A stretch of 64,000 nt of DNA, from contig PIYN01000008.1 in NCBI GenBank assembly GCA_003601775.1, forward strand, positions 18,880-82,879. The letters run 5' to 3'. The DNA is from Candidatus Bathyarchaeota archaeon. Lineage in GTDB: Archaea > Thermoproteota > Bathyarchaeia > TCS64 > PIYN01. The notes under the pieces were generated by a model. The model was not told the DNA's origin and ran no database searches. It saw nothing but the letters and a program-made list of their open reading frames with translations. The position numbers were made by a program, and so were the translations under genes. This document shows, in pieces, positions 35,321-45,622 of this stretch; within the stretch, counting starts at the first letter, position 1, and each line of letters opens with the position of its first letter.

Positions 35321-38239
35321 TCAGGCCTCGACGTATATTGCCGGCTTGTAGGGTTTCGCCCTCCTCGCCCTCTCCCCGGGGTCGTAGATCTGGGGATCCT
35401 CCTCATACTGGACCGAGACCTCCGCGCCCAGCTCCCTCTCGAAGAAGGCTACAGCCTTCCTGAGGATCTCCAACTCGTCGACCGGGCCCATGGAGAGCCT
35501 CCTCTCGACGCTCTCCTCTGGTGTCTTCCTCACGTCCTCCACGATCTCCCTGGCGAAGGCCGCGACGTCCTCGGGCCTCCTCCTCAGCTCCTTATCTCTG
35601 AGGGACTCCCTTATGAGGGCCCCTACGTCCAGGGAGCCGGCCTTGGAGAGCTCCAGGGCCTTCAGGTAGACCCTCCACTTCCATTCGGCCGCGGTGTAGA
35701 AGTAGACCTTCCCCGGCTTGATCCCGGTCACCTTCAGGATGTTGGAGACGTCCTCTAAGCAACCCCTGACGATGGACTCCCTCTCCTCGGCCTCGGGGCT
35801 CAGGTCCTCAGCACGGGGCTCGGGCCAGGGGGCGAGGGAGACGAATTCCTCGTTCCCCATCGCCTCCCAGATCTCCTCGCAGAGGTGGGGGGTGAAGGGC
35901 GCGAGCATCCTCACCTGGGCGTCGAGGACCCTATGGAGGACCCACTGTATCGCCCCCTCCCGGTCGCTGCCTCTCTCCGCGGCGACCCTACGGAGGTACC
36001 ACTGTAGGTCCTGGTTGAGGTTATAGAAGGCCGCGTGGATCGCCCTCCTGACCTTCATCTCCTCCATCGCCCATGTCGCCTCCCTGATGGCCCTGTGGAG
36101 GCGGCTCAGCATCCACCTGTCGATCTCCTCCAGGGGGGCGGTCGGCGTCCCCCTTCCTCGTTTGATCGTCTCCATGGCGTTCTCGTAGAACCTCTCCAGG
36201 CTCTCGGCCGTCGACTTGGCGAGGGCTGGGCTGAAGTCGGCGTCCTTCAGGATCTCGGAGGTCGCCATGAGGGAGAGCCTCAGGGGGTCCGCGCCGAACC
36301 TCTCTATCGCCTCCCTCAGGGGGATGATATTCCCCAGGGACTTGCTCATCTTCTCCCCCTCCATCAGGACGCTCCCATTCACGACGATCTGCCTCGGCCA
36401 GAGCTTCTTGGGGAAGATGGCGGTGTGGTTAAAGATCATGAAGGTCAGGTGGTTCGGGATCAGGTCCCTCCCGGAGTGGCGGCTGTCCAGGGGGTAGAAG
36501 TACCTGAACTCCTCCCGCATCCTCCTCACCTGCTCCACTGTCAGCCCCGTCCTCTCGGCGACCCTCTTCCCCGAGCCCCTCCCCAGGAAGACGTAGTTGA
36601 AGAAGGCGGGAGAGAGCCTCTCCGCGTCGACGCCCGACCTCTTCAGCTCCTTTGCTATCGTGTAGAAGGCCATATAGATCGTGGAGTCGGAGAGGGACTC
36701 TATGATCCAGTCGCGGTCCCAGGGCAACCGGGTCCCCAGCCCCGCCTTCCTCGCGCAGGCCTTCTCCCTCAGCCAGTCGATGACGTTCTCGAACTCCGTC
36801 CTCAGTTCCCTGGGGATGATCTCCATCTCATCCAGGTTCTCATGGGCCAGGCGCTTCCAGTGGGGGTCTCCGTAGTTGATGAACCACTGATTCTCGAAGA
36901 TCTTGACGACGCACTCCGCCCCGCACCTGCAGTAGACGGGCCTGTTGGCCAGCTCGTACATCGTCGTCGCCTTTCCCTCCTGAAGGAGGTCGCTCTTCAC
37001 GAAGTCCTTGGCCCTCTGGACTGAGAGGCCCGCGTACTGCCCCGTGTTGGACTTCATCCGGCCCTCGTGGAACTCGCGCCTGTAGACCTCCCTCGTGGCG
37101 TCCTCAAGCCTCGGGTCCGTCTGGTCTGTTATCCCCCTCCTCTTCACCTCGTCGGCCGCCGGCCACTCCGAGTACCCGGGGACTTCTATGATGGAGATGG
37201 GCTCGATGGCCTTAACCTCGTTGGGCCTCAGCCCGAAACGCTTCAGGGAGGGGTCCCCCTTCAGGTTCTCCAGGGCGACGTAGTCGTAGGGGGCGTGGCC
37301 TGGGACCGACATCACGACGCCCGTCGCGTTCCCGGGGTCCACGAAGGAGGCCGGGAGGATCAGGACCTCGTCTCCTGTTACGGGGTTCCTCACCCTCTCC
37401 CCTATGAGCCTCTCCCCCTTGAAGACCTCCTTGACCTCGACCTCCCGGCCCAGAAGCCTCAGCTTCTCCACCGCCGCCCTGCTCACGACCCAGGGCTCCC
37501 CGTCCACCCTGGCGGCGACGTACTCGACGTCCGGGTTGAGCCACATATTCGTCACGCCGAAGATGGTCTCAGGCCTGAGGGTCGCGGCGGGGAGGACACG
37601 GTCCCCATACTCGAACTTTATGAGGGTGAACTCCTCGATCTCCGGCTCTACATCCCCCTTCGTGTCGTGCTGGCCGACTGGGTTCCCGCAGTTCGGGCAC
37701 CAACCCACGGGGTGGCTCCCCTGGGTGATGAAGCCCCCTCGGCGGAGGCGGTCGAACTGCCACTCTATGAATTTGTTGTAGTAGGGGTCTATGGTGGTGA
37801 ACTCCCTCCTCCAGTCTATGGAGTACCCCATCTCCTTCATCCCCCGCCTGAGTTCCTCGTGGAAGTACCTCGCCATCCCCAGCGGGGTCTCCAGCTTCGG
37901 GAGGTCCTCCTCGGGGACCTTGTAGACCTTTAGGAGCGTCTCTATGAGCTCCCTGTCTCCTTCTCGCAGCCTCTTCGTCATCGCGAGGACGGGGGTCCCG
38001 GTGTAGTGGAAGGCCATGGGGAAGAGGACGTTGTAGCCCCGCATCCTCATGTACCTGGCGTGGACGTCCGTCAGGGTGTAGGTCCTCCCGTGACCTATGT
38101 GCTGGGGGGCGTTCGGGTAGGGGTAGGCAACCGTGATGAAGAACTTCCTTCTCCCGGGCTCAGGGTCGGCCTCGAAGATCCCAGCCTCCTCCCACTTCCT
38201 CTGCCACTTCCTCCTAATCCCGGCCCAGTCGACCATCAT
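35321..38239 (-). CDS. leuS: Leucine--tRNA ligase (archaeal type)
   Basis: 972 aa. HIGH-type motif PNAPQHIGHGRTY, KMSKS motif KMSKSLGN, and the CP1 editing domain. Confidence 0.95.
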   Translation of the reverse strand: MMVDWAGIRRKWQRKWEEAGIFEADPEPGRRKFFITVAYPYPNAPQHIGHGRTYTLTDVHARYMRMRGYNVLFPMAFHYTGTPVLAMTKRLREGDRELIETLLKVYKVPEEDLPKLETPLGMARYFHEELRRGMKEMGYSIDWRREFTTIDPYYNKFIEWQFDRLRRGGFITQGSHPVGWCPNCGNPVGQHDTKGDVEPEIEEFTLIKFEYGDRVLPAATLRPETIFGVTNMWLNPDVEYVAARVDGEPWVVSRAAVEKLRLLGREVEVKEVFKGERLIGERVRNPVTGDEVLILPASFVDPGNATGVVMSVPGHAPYDYVALENLKGDPSLKRFGLRPNEVKAIEPISIIEVPGYSEWPAADEVKRRGITDQTDPRLEDATREVYRREFHEGRMKSNTGQYAGLSVQRAKDFVKSDLLQEGKATTMYELANRPVYCRCGAECVVKIFENQWFINYGDPHWKRLAHENLDEMEIIPRELRTEFENVIDWLREKACARKAGLGTRLPWDRDWIIESLSDSTIYMAFYTIAKELKRSGVDAERLSPAFFNYVFLGRGSGKRVAERTGLTVEQVRRMREEFRYFYPLDSRHSGRDLIPNHLTFMIFNHTAIFPKKLWPRQIVVNGSVLMEGEKMSKSLGNIIPLREAIERFGADPLRLSLMATSEILKDADFSPALAKSTAESLERFYENAMETIKRGRGTPTAPLEEIDRWMLSRLHRAIREATWAMEEMKVRRAIHAAFYNLNQDLQWYLRRVAAERGSDREGAIQWVLHRVLDAQVRMLAPFTPHLCEEIWEAMGNEEFVSLAPWPEPRAEDLSPEAEERESIVRGCLEDVSNILKVTGIKPGKVYFYTAAEWKWRVYLKALELSKAGSLDVGALIRESLRDKELRRRPEDVAAFAREIVEDVRKTPEESVERRLSMGPVDELEILRKAVAFFERELGAEVSVQYEEDPQIYDPGERARRAKPYKPAIYVEA

Positions 38240-38314
38240 GACCCCTCCAGTTTCCTTTACACCATAATGAGTGGGATTCAGGGGATAAAGGTTGTGAGCA
38301 AAAATCCTTGCGGA

Positions 38315-41077
38315 TCAGGTGTCCCCTGGCTCCCCCCCAGAGGCCAGGAGGGCCCTGAGGAAATCCCTTACATGCTCCATCGCCTCAGGGACCTTCTTAA
38401 TCTCCCTTCCGCCCCCCTGGCCGAAGTGGGGCTCACCTCCGCCTCCGCCCCCGAGGACCCCCGCCGCCTCCGCCGCCAGCCTCCCGGCGTGGATCCCCAG
38501 GGCCCTGGCCCTCTCCCCGACGAAGGAGACAACCCTCCCCTCCTCGGAGAAGAGGACGAGGATCGCCGAGGGGTCTCTCTTGACGACCTCATTCCCCAGC
38601 TCGATGAGGTAGTCTGCCTCTGCTTTCTCTGAGCGGATGATCACCTTAACCCCCTGGACCTCCACGGCCCCTCTCAGGAGCTCCTCAGCCCTCTGCCTCG
38701 AGGAGAGCCTCCTCAGGGCTGTGACCTCCCGGCGCAGCCCCTCGAGGGTCTCCAGTGTCCTGTGGACGGCCTCGACGGTCTCCTCCAGGGGTGCCCCCAC
38801 AGCCTCCGCTATCTCGGCGAGGGCCCTCTCCCTCCTCTGTACCTCCTCCAGGGCGGCCGGTCCTGCTGAGAAGATGAGGCGCTCGACGCCGTCCTGGACC
38901 CGCTCTGTCTTCAGGATCTTTATGAGGCCGACCTCTGAGGTGGAGCGGCAGTGGGTCCCGCCGCAGGCCTCGACGTCCCATCCCTCGATCTCCACGACCC
39001 TTATCTCCTTCCCGGGGACCGCTCCCCCCTGGTAGAGCCTGAAGCCATAGCGTTCCTCGGCCTCGTTCCTCGGCATCCAGAAGGTGGAGACCCTCCTCCC
39101 CTCCATCACGACCCTGTTCGCCAGGCGCTCCATCTCCTCCACCTCCTCCCTTCCCAGCCTCCTCCAGTGGCTGATATCGAGGCGGCTCCTCTCGACGCCC
39201 TTCTGGGCACCGGCCTGCCAGGCGTGATCGCCCAGCACCTTCCTCGCGGCCCCCAGGAGGATATGGGTGGCGGTGTGGTGGCGCATGAGGGACGCCCTCC
39301 GCTCCCAGTCGATCTCCCCCTGGACCAGGGACCCCACCTCTGGTAGTGGCGCCCCGGCCTCCACCTTGTGCAGGAGGATGTTGTCCACATCCTCAACGTG
39401 GACCACCCGGATCTTCCTCCCGTCCACCGTGAGCCACCCTGTGTCGGGGGGCTGCCCTCCCCCCTCGGGGTAGAAGGCCGTCTGGTCGAGGACGAGGTAC
39501 TCTCCGTTGAGGACGGCGATGACCTTGGCCTGGAACTCCCTCATGTAGGGGTTCTCGTAGAAGAGCCTCCTCGTCTTTGGGAGCCCCTCCACCCTCTTCT
39601 CCGGCTCCTCCTTGACCACCCTCCCCGCCTCAGCGTGCCTCTGGGCGACGAGGGAGTAGAAGTCCTCAGGGACGGGGGTCTCGAACCCCTCCTTCTCCGC
39701 GACCTCCCTCACGTCCTCTGGCGTGAGGCCATGGGAGTCGTAGAGTTCGATGAGCTGCTCCACTGGGATCGTCCTCCTCCCCTCAGCCCTCCCGGCCCTT
39801 ATGACCTTGGAGATGAGCCTCCGCCCCCTCCTCAGCGTCTCCCGGTACTTCTCCTCCTCCACCCCCACGGCCTCTAGGACCTCTTCTCGCATCTCCCCGA
39901 TGTGGGGGAAGACCCTGGACCAGTACTCTATCTGCCCCTCGATGAGATCCGGGAGGCGCTCGATGATGCCGAGCCTCCTCAGCAGCCTGTAGCTCCTGCG
40001 GAAGAGGAGCCTCGCGAGGTACCCCTCCCTCACGTTGGAGGGGACGACCCCCTCAGAGAGGATGAAGACGAGGGCCTTGGTGTGGTCGAGGAGGGCGTAG
40101 GCGGCCTCCACAGGCGAGATGATCCTGTCCAGCTCCTCGGGGTCCATCCCCAGCCTCCTGGCGACGAGGCGGCGGGTGGCGCTCCCCCCCTCCGTCTGGA
40201 AGTGGGCTGAGAACTTCGCCGTCTCCTCGACGATGCGGGGCTCCACGCCCTCGAGGCCCGCCCACCTCAGGAGGTCCTCCAGGAGGGGTCCGTAGACGGC
40301 GTGGAAGGCGCTGGGGGAGCCCTGGGTCAGCCATGTCCATCGCTCTATCCCGTAGCCGGTGTCCACAACCCTTATCGGCATCGGCTCCAGGCGTCCCCCC
40401 ACGGTCCTGTACTGCATGAAGACGAGGGTCGAGACCTCGAGGCCTGAGACGCAGCCCTCGACGTCAACGCCGGCGTTCCCTCCCCCCGACCAGAAGCCCT
40501 CCTTGTAGGTTACCATCTCCGAGGGGACGCCGAGTTCGTCGCAGAGGAGCTCGTGGTGGAGCCTCACCGTCTCGTCCTTCCAGTAGACCTGGGGCTTCCC
40601 CCGGTAGTTGAAGGCGTGGTGTCCCCCCATCTCGAAGATGGTGAGGTGCCTCCCGGCGGTGTGGCCCACGAGGTCGAGGTCCTCGAACCTGAGGCAGGGC
40701 TGGCTCACGACGAGGGGGTTCGCGGGGGGCGGGATGATCCCCTCGGTGACGTAGGGCTGGAAGTCGACGATGCTGGCGATGGTGAAGAGGAGGTCGTCCC
40801 TCCACCTCGCGACGACGGGGTAGGGCCTGATCCGCTCATGGCCGTGCTCCTCGAAGAAGGAGAGGAACTTCTCCCTCATCTCCCCCATCGTGTATCGTCC
40901 CCTCGTCGGGGGGTCGCCGATGAACTCGTAGTCGCGGCAGGGGGCGTCCCCGCAGTCCGTCCTCTCCTCGTCCTGGGTCCAGAAGTAGGAGCCGCAGACC
41001 TTACACCGCTTCCTCACGAAGCCGTTCTCGAGGAAGAAGGGAAGCCTGAACTCCTCTGGGGAGATCTCCAACTCCAC
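38315..41077 (-). CDS. alaS: Alanine--tRNA ligase
   Basis: 920 aa. Archaeal AlaRS N-terminus with a Zn-ribbon-like CKVCGSYFW, the editing-domain motif HHTATHIL...CGGTHC, and a C-terminal DHHA1-like domain. Confidence 0.95.
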   Translation of the reverse strand: MELEISPEEFRLPFFLENGFVRKRCKVCGSYFWTQDEERTDCGDAPCRDYEFIGDPPTRGRYTMGEMREKFLSFFEEHGHERIRPYPVVARWRDDLLFTIASIVDFQPYVTEGIIPPPANPLVVSQPCLRFEDLDLVGHTAGRHLTIFEMGGHHAFNYRGKPQVYWKDETVRLHHELLCDELGVPSEMVTYKEGFWSGGGNAGVDVEGCVSGLEVSTLVFMQYRTVGGRLEPMPIRVVDTGYGIERWTWLTQGSPSAFHAVYGPLLEDLLRWAGLEGVEPRIVEETAKFSAHFQTEGGSATRRLVARRLGMDPEELDRIISPVEAAYALLDHTKALVFILSEGVVPSNVREGYLARLLFRRSYRLLRRLGIIERLPDLIEGQIEYWSRVFPHIGEMREEVLEAVGVEEEKYRETLRRGRRLISKVIRAGRAEGRRTIPVEQLIELYDSHGLTPEDVREVAEKEGFETPVPEDFYSLVAQRHAEAGRVVKEEPEKRVEGLPKTRRLFYENPYMREFQAKVIAVLNGEYLVLDQTAFYPEGGGQPPDTGWLTVDGRKIRVVHVEDVDNILLHKVEAGAPLPEVGSLVQGEIDWERRASLMRHHTATHILLGAARKVLGDHAWQAGAQKGVERSRLDISHWRRLGREEVEEMERLANRVVMEGRRVSTFWMPRNEAEERYGFRLYQGGAVPGKEIRVVEIEGWDVEACGGTHCRSTSEVGLIKILKTERVQDGVERLIFSAGPAALEEVQRRERALAEIAEAVGAPLEETVEAVHRTLETLEGLRREVTALRRLSSRQRAEELLRGAVEVQGVKVIIRSEKAEADYLIELGNEVVKRDPSAILVLFSEEGRVVSFVGERARALGIHAGRLAAEAAGVLGGGGGGEPHFGQGGGREIKKVPEAMEHVRDFLRALLASGGEPGDT

Positions 41078-41125
41078 CTACTCTCCAATAACTGATTGCT
41101 GGATGAAAAGAAAAATCTGATCCAC

Positions 41126-41428
41126 CTATGGCTGGAAGAGGGCGGCGAGGCCTTGTAGGCTCTCCTCCTCCTTCTTCTCCTCTTTCTTCTCTACCTTCTT
41201 CTCCTCCTTCTTCTCCTCCGCCGGTGCTGGCGCTGGGGCGGGAGCGGCCGTGAAGAGAGGAGTCTTTATCGCCTCCCCTATATCGATCTCCGAGAGGGCG
41301 GCGACGAGGGACTTGATCCTGATGGGGTCTGGGTTGATCCCCGCTGCCTTCAGGATCCCCTCGATCTTCTCCTCCGTGATCTCCTTCCCGGCGCTGTAGA
41401 GGAGCATAGCGGCATACACGCTCTCCAT
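41126..41428 (-). CDS. rpl12: 50S ribosomal stalk protein P1 (L12e)
   Basis: Contains [22 protein letters not shown], an Ala/Pro hinge, a K/E-rich region and the conserved tail GLAALFQP. The ATG at 41428 is preceded by GGAGAGGTGA. The ORF opens at GTG 41437. Confidence 0.9.
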   Translation of the reverse strand: MESVYAAMLLYSAGKEITEEKIEGILKAAGINPDPIRIKSLVAALSEIDIGEAIKTPLFTAAPAPAPAPAEEKKEEKKVEKKEEKKEEESLQGLAALFQP

Positions 41429-41589
41429 ATCCCTCACCTCTCCCGATACGGGGTCCTCATCGACCCCACAACCGTTAAGGTAGAGAGTTAAGAGGAGACT
41501 TTTATATCTTCCTCTCCCCCCATCGGTCCCTCCGCTGAAGCCCGGATAAAATGGGAGGGCGCCTCGGCCTCTGGTCTCACCAGGGTCGC

Positions 41590-43473
41590 TCAGGCCTCAA
41601 CCCCAAGCACCCTATAGACGAAGGAGAGTATATCCGCCTCCTCCCTTGCCTTGATCTCTGGGGAGGCCCCCGCATGCCCCGAGGAGGTCTCGACCCTCAG
41701 TAGCGGCCTCGCCCCGACGTCCCTGAGCCTCGCCACGAACTTGAAGGCGTGGGCCGGGTGGACCCTGTCGTCGTGTAGGCCCGTGTAGACGAGGGTGGGC
41801 GGGTACTCCACACCCGCTCTGACGTGATGGTAGGGGGAGTACCTCAGGAGGAACTCCCTGTCCCCGGGGTCATCGGGGTCCCCGTACTCCGGGACCCAGG
41901 CCTTGCCCACGTAGAGCCTGTGGAACCTGAGCATGTCTATGACGGGGTACCCTATGACCGCCCCGTCCAAGAGTTCCGGGTGCTGGGTCATGACCGTGGA
42001 GACGAGGAGGCCGCCGTTGCTCCTCCCGAAGGCCACAACCCTGGCCCCCGCCTCCTTGAGGTCCCTCAGCACGGCTGCGAAGTCGTCGAAGACGTTCTGC
42101 TTCCTCTCCCTCATCCCGGCTCTATGCCACTCCTCCCCAAACTCGCATCCACCCCTCAGGTTTGCGACGGCGAGGGCCGCCCCGCCCTCGATCAGGGTCG
42201 CGAAGAGGGGATTAAAGCGTGGCGTGATGGAGATCCTGAAGCCCCCATAGCCGTAGACCAGGGCCCTCGACGCCTCGGCCCCCCGCTTCCTGACGAGGAA
42301 GTAGTGGATCGGGGTCCCATCCTTGGATCGGGTCCATCGGTCCTCGATGGAGACCTCCCCCAGCCCCGCCTCCGCCTTATCCACCTCCCTCAACTCCAAG
42401 TCTCCTCGCAGGGAGAAGAACCTGTAGGGGACCGTGAAGGACTCATATTTGAGCAGGACCTCATGTCCATCGGAGTCCAAGAGGGAGATCGTCCCCTGGG
42501 GAAGCAAGTCTCTCTCTCCATGGGGGAGGCCGCTTAGGTCGTAGATCTTGATGGTGCTGGAGGCGTCGACGAGGTAGGTCGCGACGATCTTCGAGTCCAC
42601 CAGGGCGGCTCCCTGCAGTGGATACTTCCCCTCCCCCACGACCTCCCTGACGCCCCCATCAGTGACGTGGAGGAGTTTCCCGAAGCCTCCGCCCTCGTAG
42701 GAGGCTATCAGGTAGCCCCCCTCCACGAAGTCTATCGGATGGGCGACGAAACCATCCCCGCCGTACACCCTCCTCCAAGACGCCGGGTCCTTTAGGTCCC
42801 CGCCGTATACCGTGTTCCTCGTCCAGCCGTAGTTGACCTCCAGGAGGGCCCTTAAGCCGGAGGTGGACCTCCTCAGGGTTATGAAGTGGGAGGTGGGGAC
42901 GCCCTCGCCGAAGATCATCTCCTCCTTCCCATCCTCCCTGAGGAAGACCCTGCTCGTCGGGGGTTCCACCCCGTCCGGCGTCTTCTCCCTCCTGTAGGAC
43001 TTGACGTAGTAGTATCTCCCCCCGTCCAGCCAGACGAGGTCGCCGACGACGCCCTTCAGCTCGTCCAAGACCTCCCCACTGTCCACGTCGAGGATCCTGA
43101 GGATCCCCTCATCGGCGCCCGCCTCCGAGAAGGAGAGGCCAAGCAGGTCGCCGTCCCTGGGGGCGTAGATCCCCCGGAGGACGATATCCTTCCCCAGGTC
43201 CTTGGAGTCGATGAGGGGTTCCCGGGAGCCGTCCCTCCTCAGGACCGCGACCCTGAAGGAGCCCCCCTCCCGGAGGAGGACCATGTACCCCCGGTCTGTG
43301 ATGACGCTCTGCATCAGGTAGGGTAACTTATAGAAGTGGAGGACGCGTTCATAAAGCCTGTCTGAGAGGGGTCTCAGGGACTCGACGGACTCCCTGCTCT
43401 GACGCAGGGCCCACTCAACGACCCTCTTGTTGCCGAGATCTTCGAGCCACAGGTAAGGGTCCTCAACCACCAT
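41590..43473 (-). CDS. Prolyl oligopeptidase (S9A)
   Basis: 627 aa. N-terminus [10 protein letters not shown], a beta-propeller, the nucleophile GRSNGGLL, and the C-terminal HDDRVHP...SGHAG. Confidence 0.9.
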   Translation of the reverse strand: MVVEDPYLWLEDLGNKRVVEWALRQSRESVESLRPLSDRLYERVLHFYKLPYLMQSVITDRGYMVLLREGGSFRVAVLRRDGSREPLIDSKDLGKDIVLRGIYAPRDGDLLGLSFSEAGADEGILRILDVDSGEVLDELKGVVGDLVWLDGGRYYYVKSYRREKTPDGVEPPTSRVFLREDGKEEMIFGEGVPTSHFITLRRSTSGLRALLEVNYGWTRNTVYGGDLKDPASWRRVYGGDGFVAHPIDFVEGGYLIASYEGGGFGKLLHVTDGGVREVVGEGKYPLQGAALVDSKIVATYLVDASSTIKIYDLSGLPHGERDLLPQGTISLLDSDGHEVLLKYESFTVPYRFFSLRGDLELREVDKAEAGLGEVSIEDRWTRSKDGTPIHYFLVRKRGAEASRALVYGYGGFRISITPRFNPLFATLIEGGAALAVANLRGGCEFGEEWHRAGMRERKQNVFDDFAAVLRDLKEAGARVVAFGRSNGGLLVSTVMTQHPELLDGAVIGYPVIDMLRFHRLYVGKAWVPEYGDPDDPGDREFLLRYSPYHHVRAGVEYPPTLVYTGLHDDRVHPAHAFKFVARLRDVGARPLLRVETSSGHAGASPEIKAREEADILSFVYRVLGVEA

Positions 43474-43628
43474 CCCTAACTCTCCCTTTAACTGTATTGA
43501 GTAAAAGAATCATTTAATAATTAATTTTTTAGAGGGAGAAGGACCCGTCTGACATCGCCCCCACGACCTCCAAATCCTTACCCCGTTCTTATTCTCTCAG
43601 AAGAGAGGGAGAGTAATCCATCATTTCC

Positions 43629-43637
43629 TTTTTAAAT
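43629..43637 (+). promoter_or_regulatory. TATA-box-like element for the S19e-led operon
   Basis: tttttaaat lies about 60 nt upstream of the S19e TTG start. The predicted transcription start is near 43660. Confidence 0.4.
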
Positions 43638-43695
43638 CGTAGGATATATTAGTCAGTGCTCTATTCCTATGGAATAGCGGGTCGAGGTCTGGGAG

Positions 43696-44151
43696 TTGAC
43701 AACCGTATACGATGTCCCCGCCGACGTGCTCATCGAGAGGGTGGCGACCTACTTCAAGGTCAACGTAGAGGAGATTAGGCCACCCGAGTGGGCCGCCTAC
43801 GTGAAGACGGGCTCCCACGTCGAGAGGCCCCCACAGAACCCCGACTGGTGGTACATCAGGTGCGCCTCCCTCCTGCGAAAGCTCTACCTCAACGGACCTA
43901 TAGGGGTCTCCAGGCTCAGGAAGATGTATGGGGGGAGGAAGAGGAGGGGGACGAGGCCAGAGCACTTCAGGAAGGCTGGGGGCTCCATCATCCGCCACGC
44001 CCTCCAGCAGCTGGAGAAGGCGGGGTTCGTGACCAAGAAGGATAGGGAGGGGCGGGTCCTCACCCCAAGGGGCAGAAGCCTCCTCGACGCCATGGCGGCG
44101 CGGATCAAGAAGGAGCTGGAGAGGGAGAACCCCGAGTTGAGGAAGTACTGA
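43696..44151 (+). CDS. rps19e: 30S ribosomal protein S19e
   Basis: 151 aa. Contains [54 protein letters not shown] and [13 protein letters not shown]. Confidence 0.92.
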   Translation: MTTVYDVPADVLIERVATYFKVNVEEIRPPEWAAYVKTGSHVERPPQNPDWWYIRCASLLRKLYLNGPIGVSRLRKMYGGRKRRGTRPEHFRKAGGSIIRHALQQLEKAGFVTKKDREGRVLTPRGRSLLDAMAARIKKELERENPELRKY

Positions 44152-44163
44152 GGTGGAAGAGGA

Positions 44164-44496
44164 GTGAGCGCTGAAGAGGACGAGGAGCTGGAGAGGCTCA
44201 GGCGGAGGAGACTGCTGGAACTCCAGTTACAGCAGAGGCTGGCGGAGGAGCAGCGCCAGGCCGCGATCAGGGAGGAGATGGAGAGGAGGAAGGACGCGAT
44301 CCTGCGGAGGATCCTCACCAGCAAGGCGAGGCAGAGGCTCCCCCGCCCGGCCTTCACGGAGCAGCTGGAGCTGCAGCTCATCCAGATCGCGCAGAGCGGG
44401 AGGGTGAAGCTCCCCATCACGGACCAGCTGCTGAAGAGGATCCTCATACAGCTCCAGTCCGCCCAGAGGAGGGAGACGAGGATCAGGAGGATATAA
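44164..44496 (+). CDS. PDCD5/TFAR19-family DNA-binding protein
   Basis: 110 aa. Contains LERLRRRRLLELQ...RRILTSKARQRL...IAQSGRVKLPITDQLLKRIL. Confidence 0.82.
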   Translation: MSAEEDEELERLRRRRLLELQLQQRLAEEQRQAAIREEMERRKDAILRRILTSKARQRLPRPAFTEQLELQLIQIAQSGRVKLPITDQLLKRILIQLQSAQRRETRIRRI

Positions 44497-44500
44497 GGGG

Positions 44501-44659
44501 ATGGGTAGGAATAAGCCCCTGGCCCTGAAGCTGAGGCTCGCTAAGGCAGGGAAGCAGAAGAAGGCGGTCCCGACGTGGGTCATGATGAGGACGATGGGGA
44601 GGGTGAGGAGGAGCCCTAAGAACCAGAGGAACTGGAGGCGCGTGAAACTCAGGGCTTAA
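44501..44659 (+). CDS. rpl39e: 50S ribosomal protein L39e
   Basis: Not in the ORF track because it is 52 aa. Hand translation: MGRNKPLALKLRLAKAGKQKKAVPTWVMMRTMGRVRRSPKNQRNWRRVKLRA. It sits in the conserved position before L31e. Confidence 0.9.
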   Translation: MGRNKPLALKLRLAKAGKQKKAVPTWVMMRTMGRVRRSPKNQRNWRRVKLRA

Positions 44660-44671
44660 GGGTGAGGCGAG

Positions 44672-44950
44672 ATGGGGGAGGCGGTCGTCGAGAGGATCTA
44701 CACGGTCCCCCTGGGGAGGGCGTGGGCAGGGGATAGAAGGAGGAGGGCGGCGAGGGCGGTAAGGCTCCTGAGGGAGTTCATCAAGAGGCATATGAAGGCT
44801 GAGGTGGTCATCATCGGGAACGACGTGAACGAGGAGATATGGAGGCGGGGCATCGAAAAGCCCCCGAGGAAGATAAGGGTGAGGGCCGAGAAGGATAGCG
44901 AGGGCAAGGTCACCGTGACCCTGGCCGAGAGGGGGCGTGAGGGACAGTGA
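44672..44950 (+). CDS. rpl31e: 50S ribosomal protein L31e
   Basis: 92 aa. Contains ERIYTVPLGRAW..RRRRAARAVRLLREFIKRHMK...NEEIWRRGIEKPPRKIRV. Confidence 0.92.
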   Translation: MGEAVVERIYTVPLGRAWAGDRRRRAARAVRLLREFIKRHMKAEVVIIGNDVNEEIWRRGIEKPPRKIRVRAEKDSEGKVTVTLAERGREGQ

Positions 44951-45189
44951 GCGAGGTGAAGCGCTTCAGGATCTTCGGGGAGATCGTCAAGCCGAGGCTC
45001 TTCGCCCCCATGAGGTTCGCGAAGGAGGTCACGGCGACGAAGCTCTCACACGCCATAGAGAGGATCTATGCAGACCTCGGGAGCCGGCACAGGGCGAAGA
45101 GGCACGAGATCAGGATTCTAAGAGTGGAGGAGATAGAGCCCCCCGAGGAGGCGCCGGGGAGGGAGGGAGATGAGCGCCCCAAGGAGTAA
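44947..45189 (+). CDS. rplX: 50S ribosomal protein LX (L20A family)
   Basis: 80 aa. Contains KRFRIFGEIV...FAKEVTATKLSHAIERIYADLGSRHRAKRHEIRILRVEEI. It has a 4-nt overlap with L31e. Confidence 0.85.
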   Translation: MSEVKRFRIFGEIVKPRLFAPMRFAKEVTATKLSHAIERIYADLGSRHRAKRHEIRILRVEEIEPPEEAPGREGDERPKE

Positions 45190-45622
45190 GGAGGACCAAC
45201 TCCGCCGCCTCCTCGTGGAACTCCAGATCCTCCAGAACACAGCCGAGGTCCTCCAGTCGAGGCTGAACGTCCTCGAGTCCGCGATGGCGGAGCTGAGGGT
45301 CGCGGGGACGACCCTAAGGGAACTGGGGAAGGAGGAGGAGGGGGCGCCTCTCCTGATACCTGTGGGTGGCGGCTCCTTCATCAAGGCGAGGCTCGGAGAT
45401 ATAAGTAAGGTCATCGTCGGGATCGGGGCCGACGTCTCCGTCGAGATGGAGCTGGAGAAGGCCCTGGAGGACATCGGGGCACGCCTCTCCGAGATGGAGA
45501 AGGCCAGCCGCTCGATCCAGCAGCAGCTCTCCCAGATCGTGGCCCAGATCAGGGACCACCAGGAGAGCGTGAATAGGCTGAGCCAGGAGCTGCGGGGGGA
45601 AGGAGCCTCAGGTGTTCAGTAG
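45170..45622 (+). CDS. pfdA: Prefoldin alpha subunit
   Basis: 150 aa. Coiled coil, then a beta-hairpin region (LIPVGGGSFIKARLGD..KVIVGIGADVSVEM), then coiled coil. Confidence 0.85.
   Translation: MSAPRSKEDQLRRLLVELQILQNTAEVLQSRLNVLESAMAELRVAGTTLRELGKEEEGAPLLIPVGGGSFIKARLGDISKVIVGIGADVSVEMELEKALEDIGARLSEMEKASRSIQQQLSQIVAQIRDHQESVNRLSQELRGEGASGVQ

Noticed and set aside
41150-41260. Repetitive gaagaag/gagaag tracts that might suggest a repeat array
   Set aside because: They encode the K/E-rich hinge of stalk protein P1. They are not CRISPR or tandem non-coding repeats. No CRISPR-like repeat-spacer structure was seen anywhere in the window.
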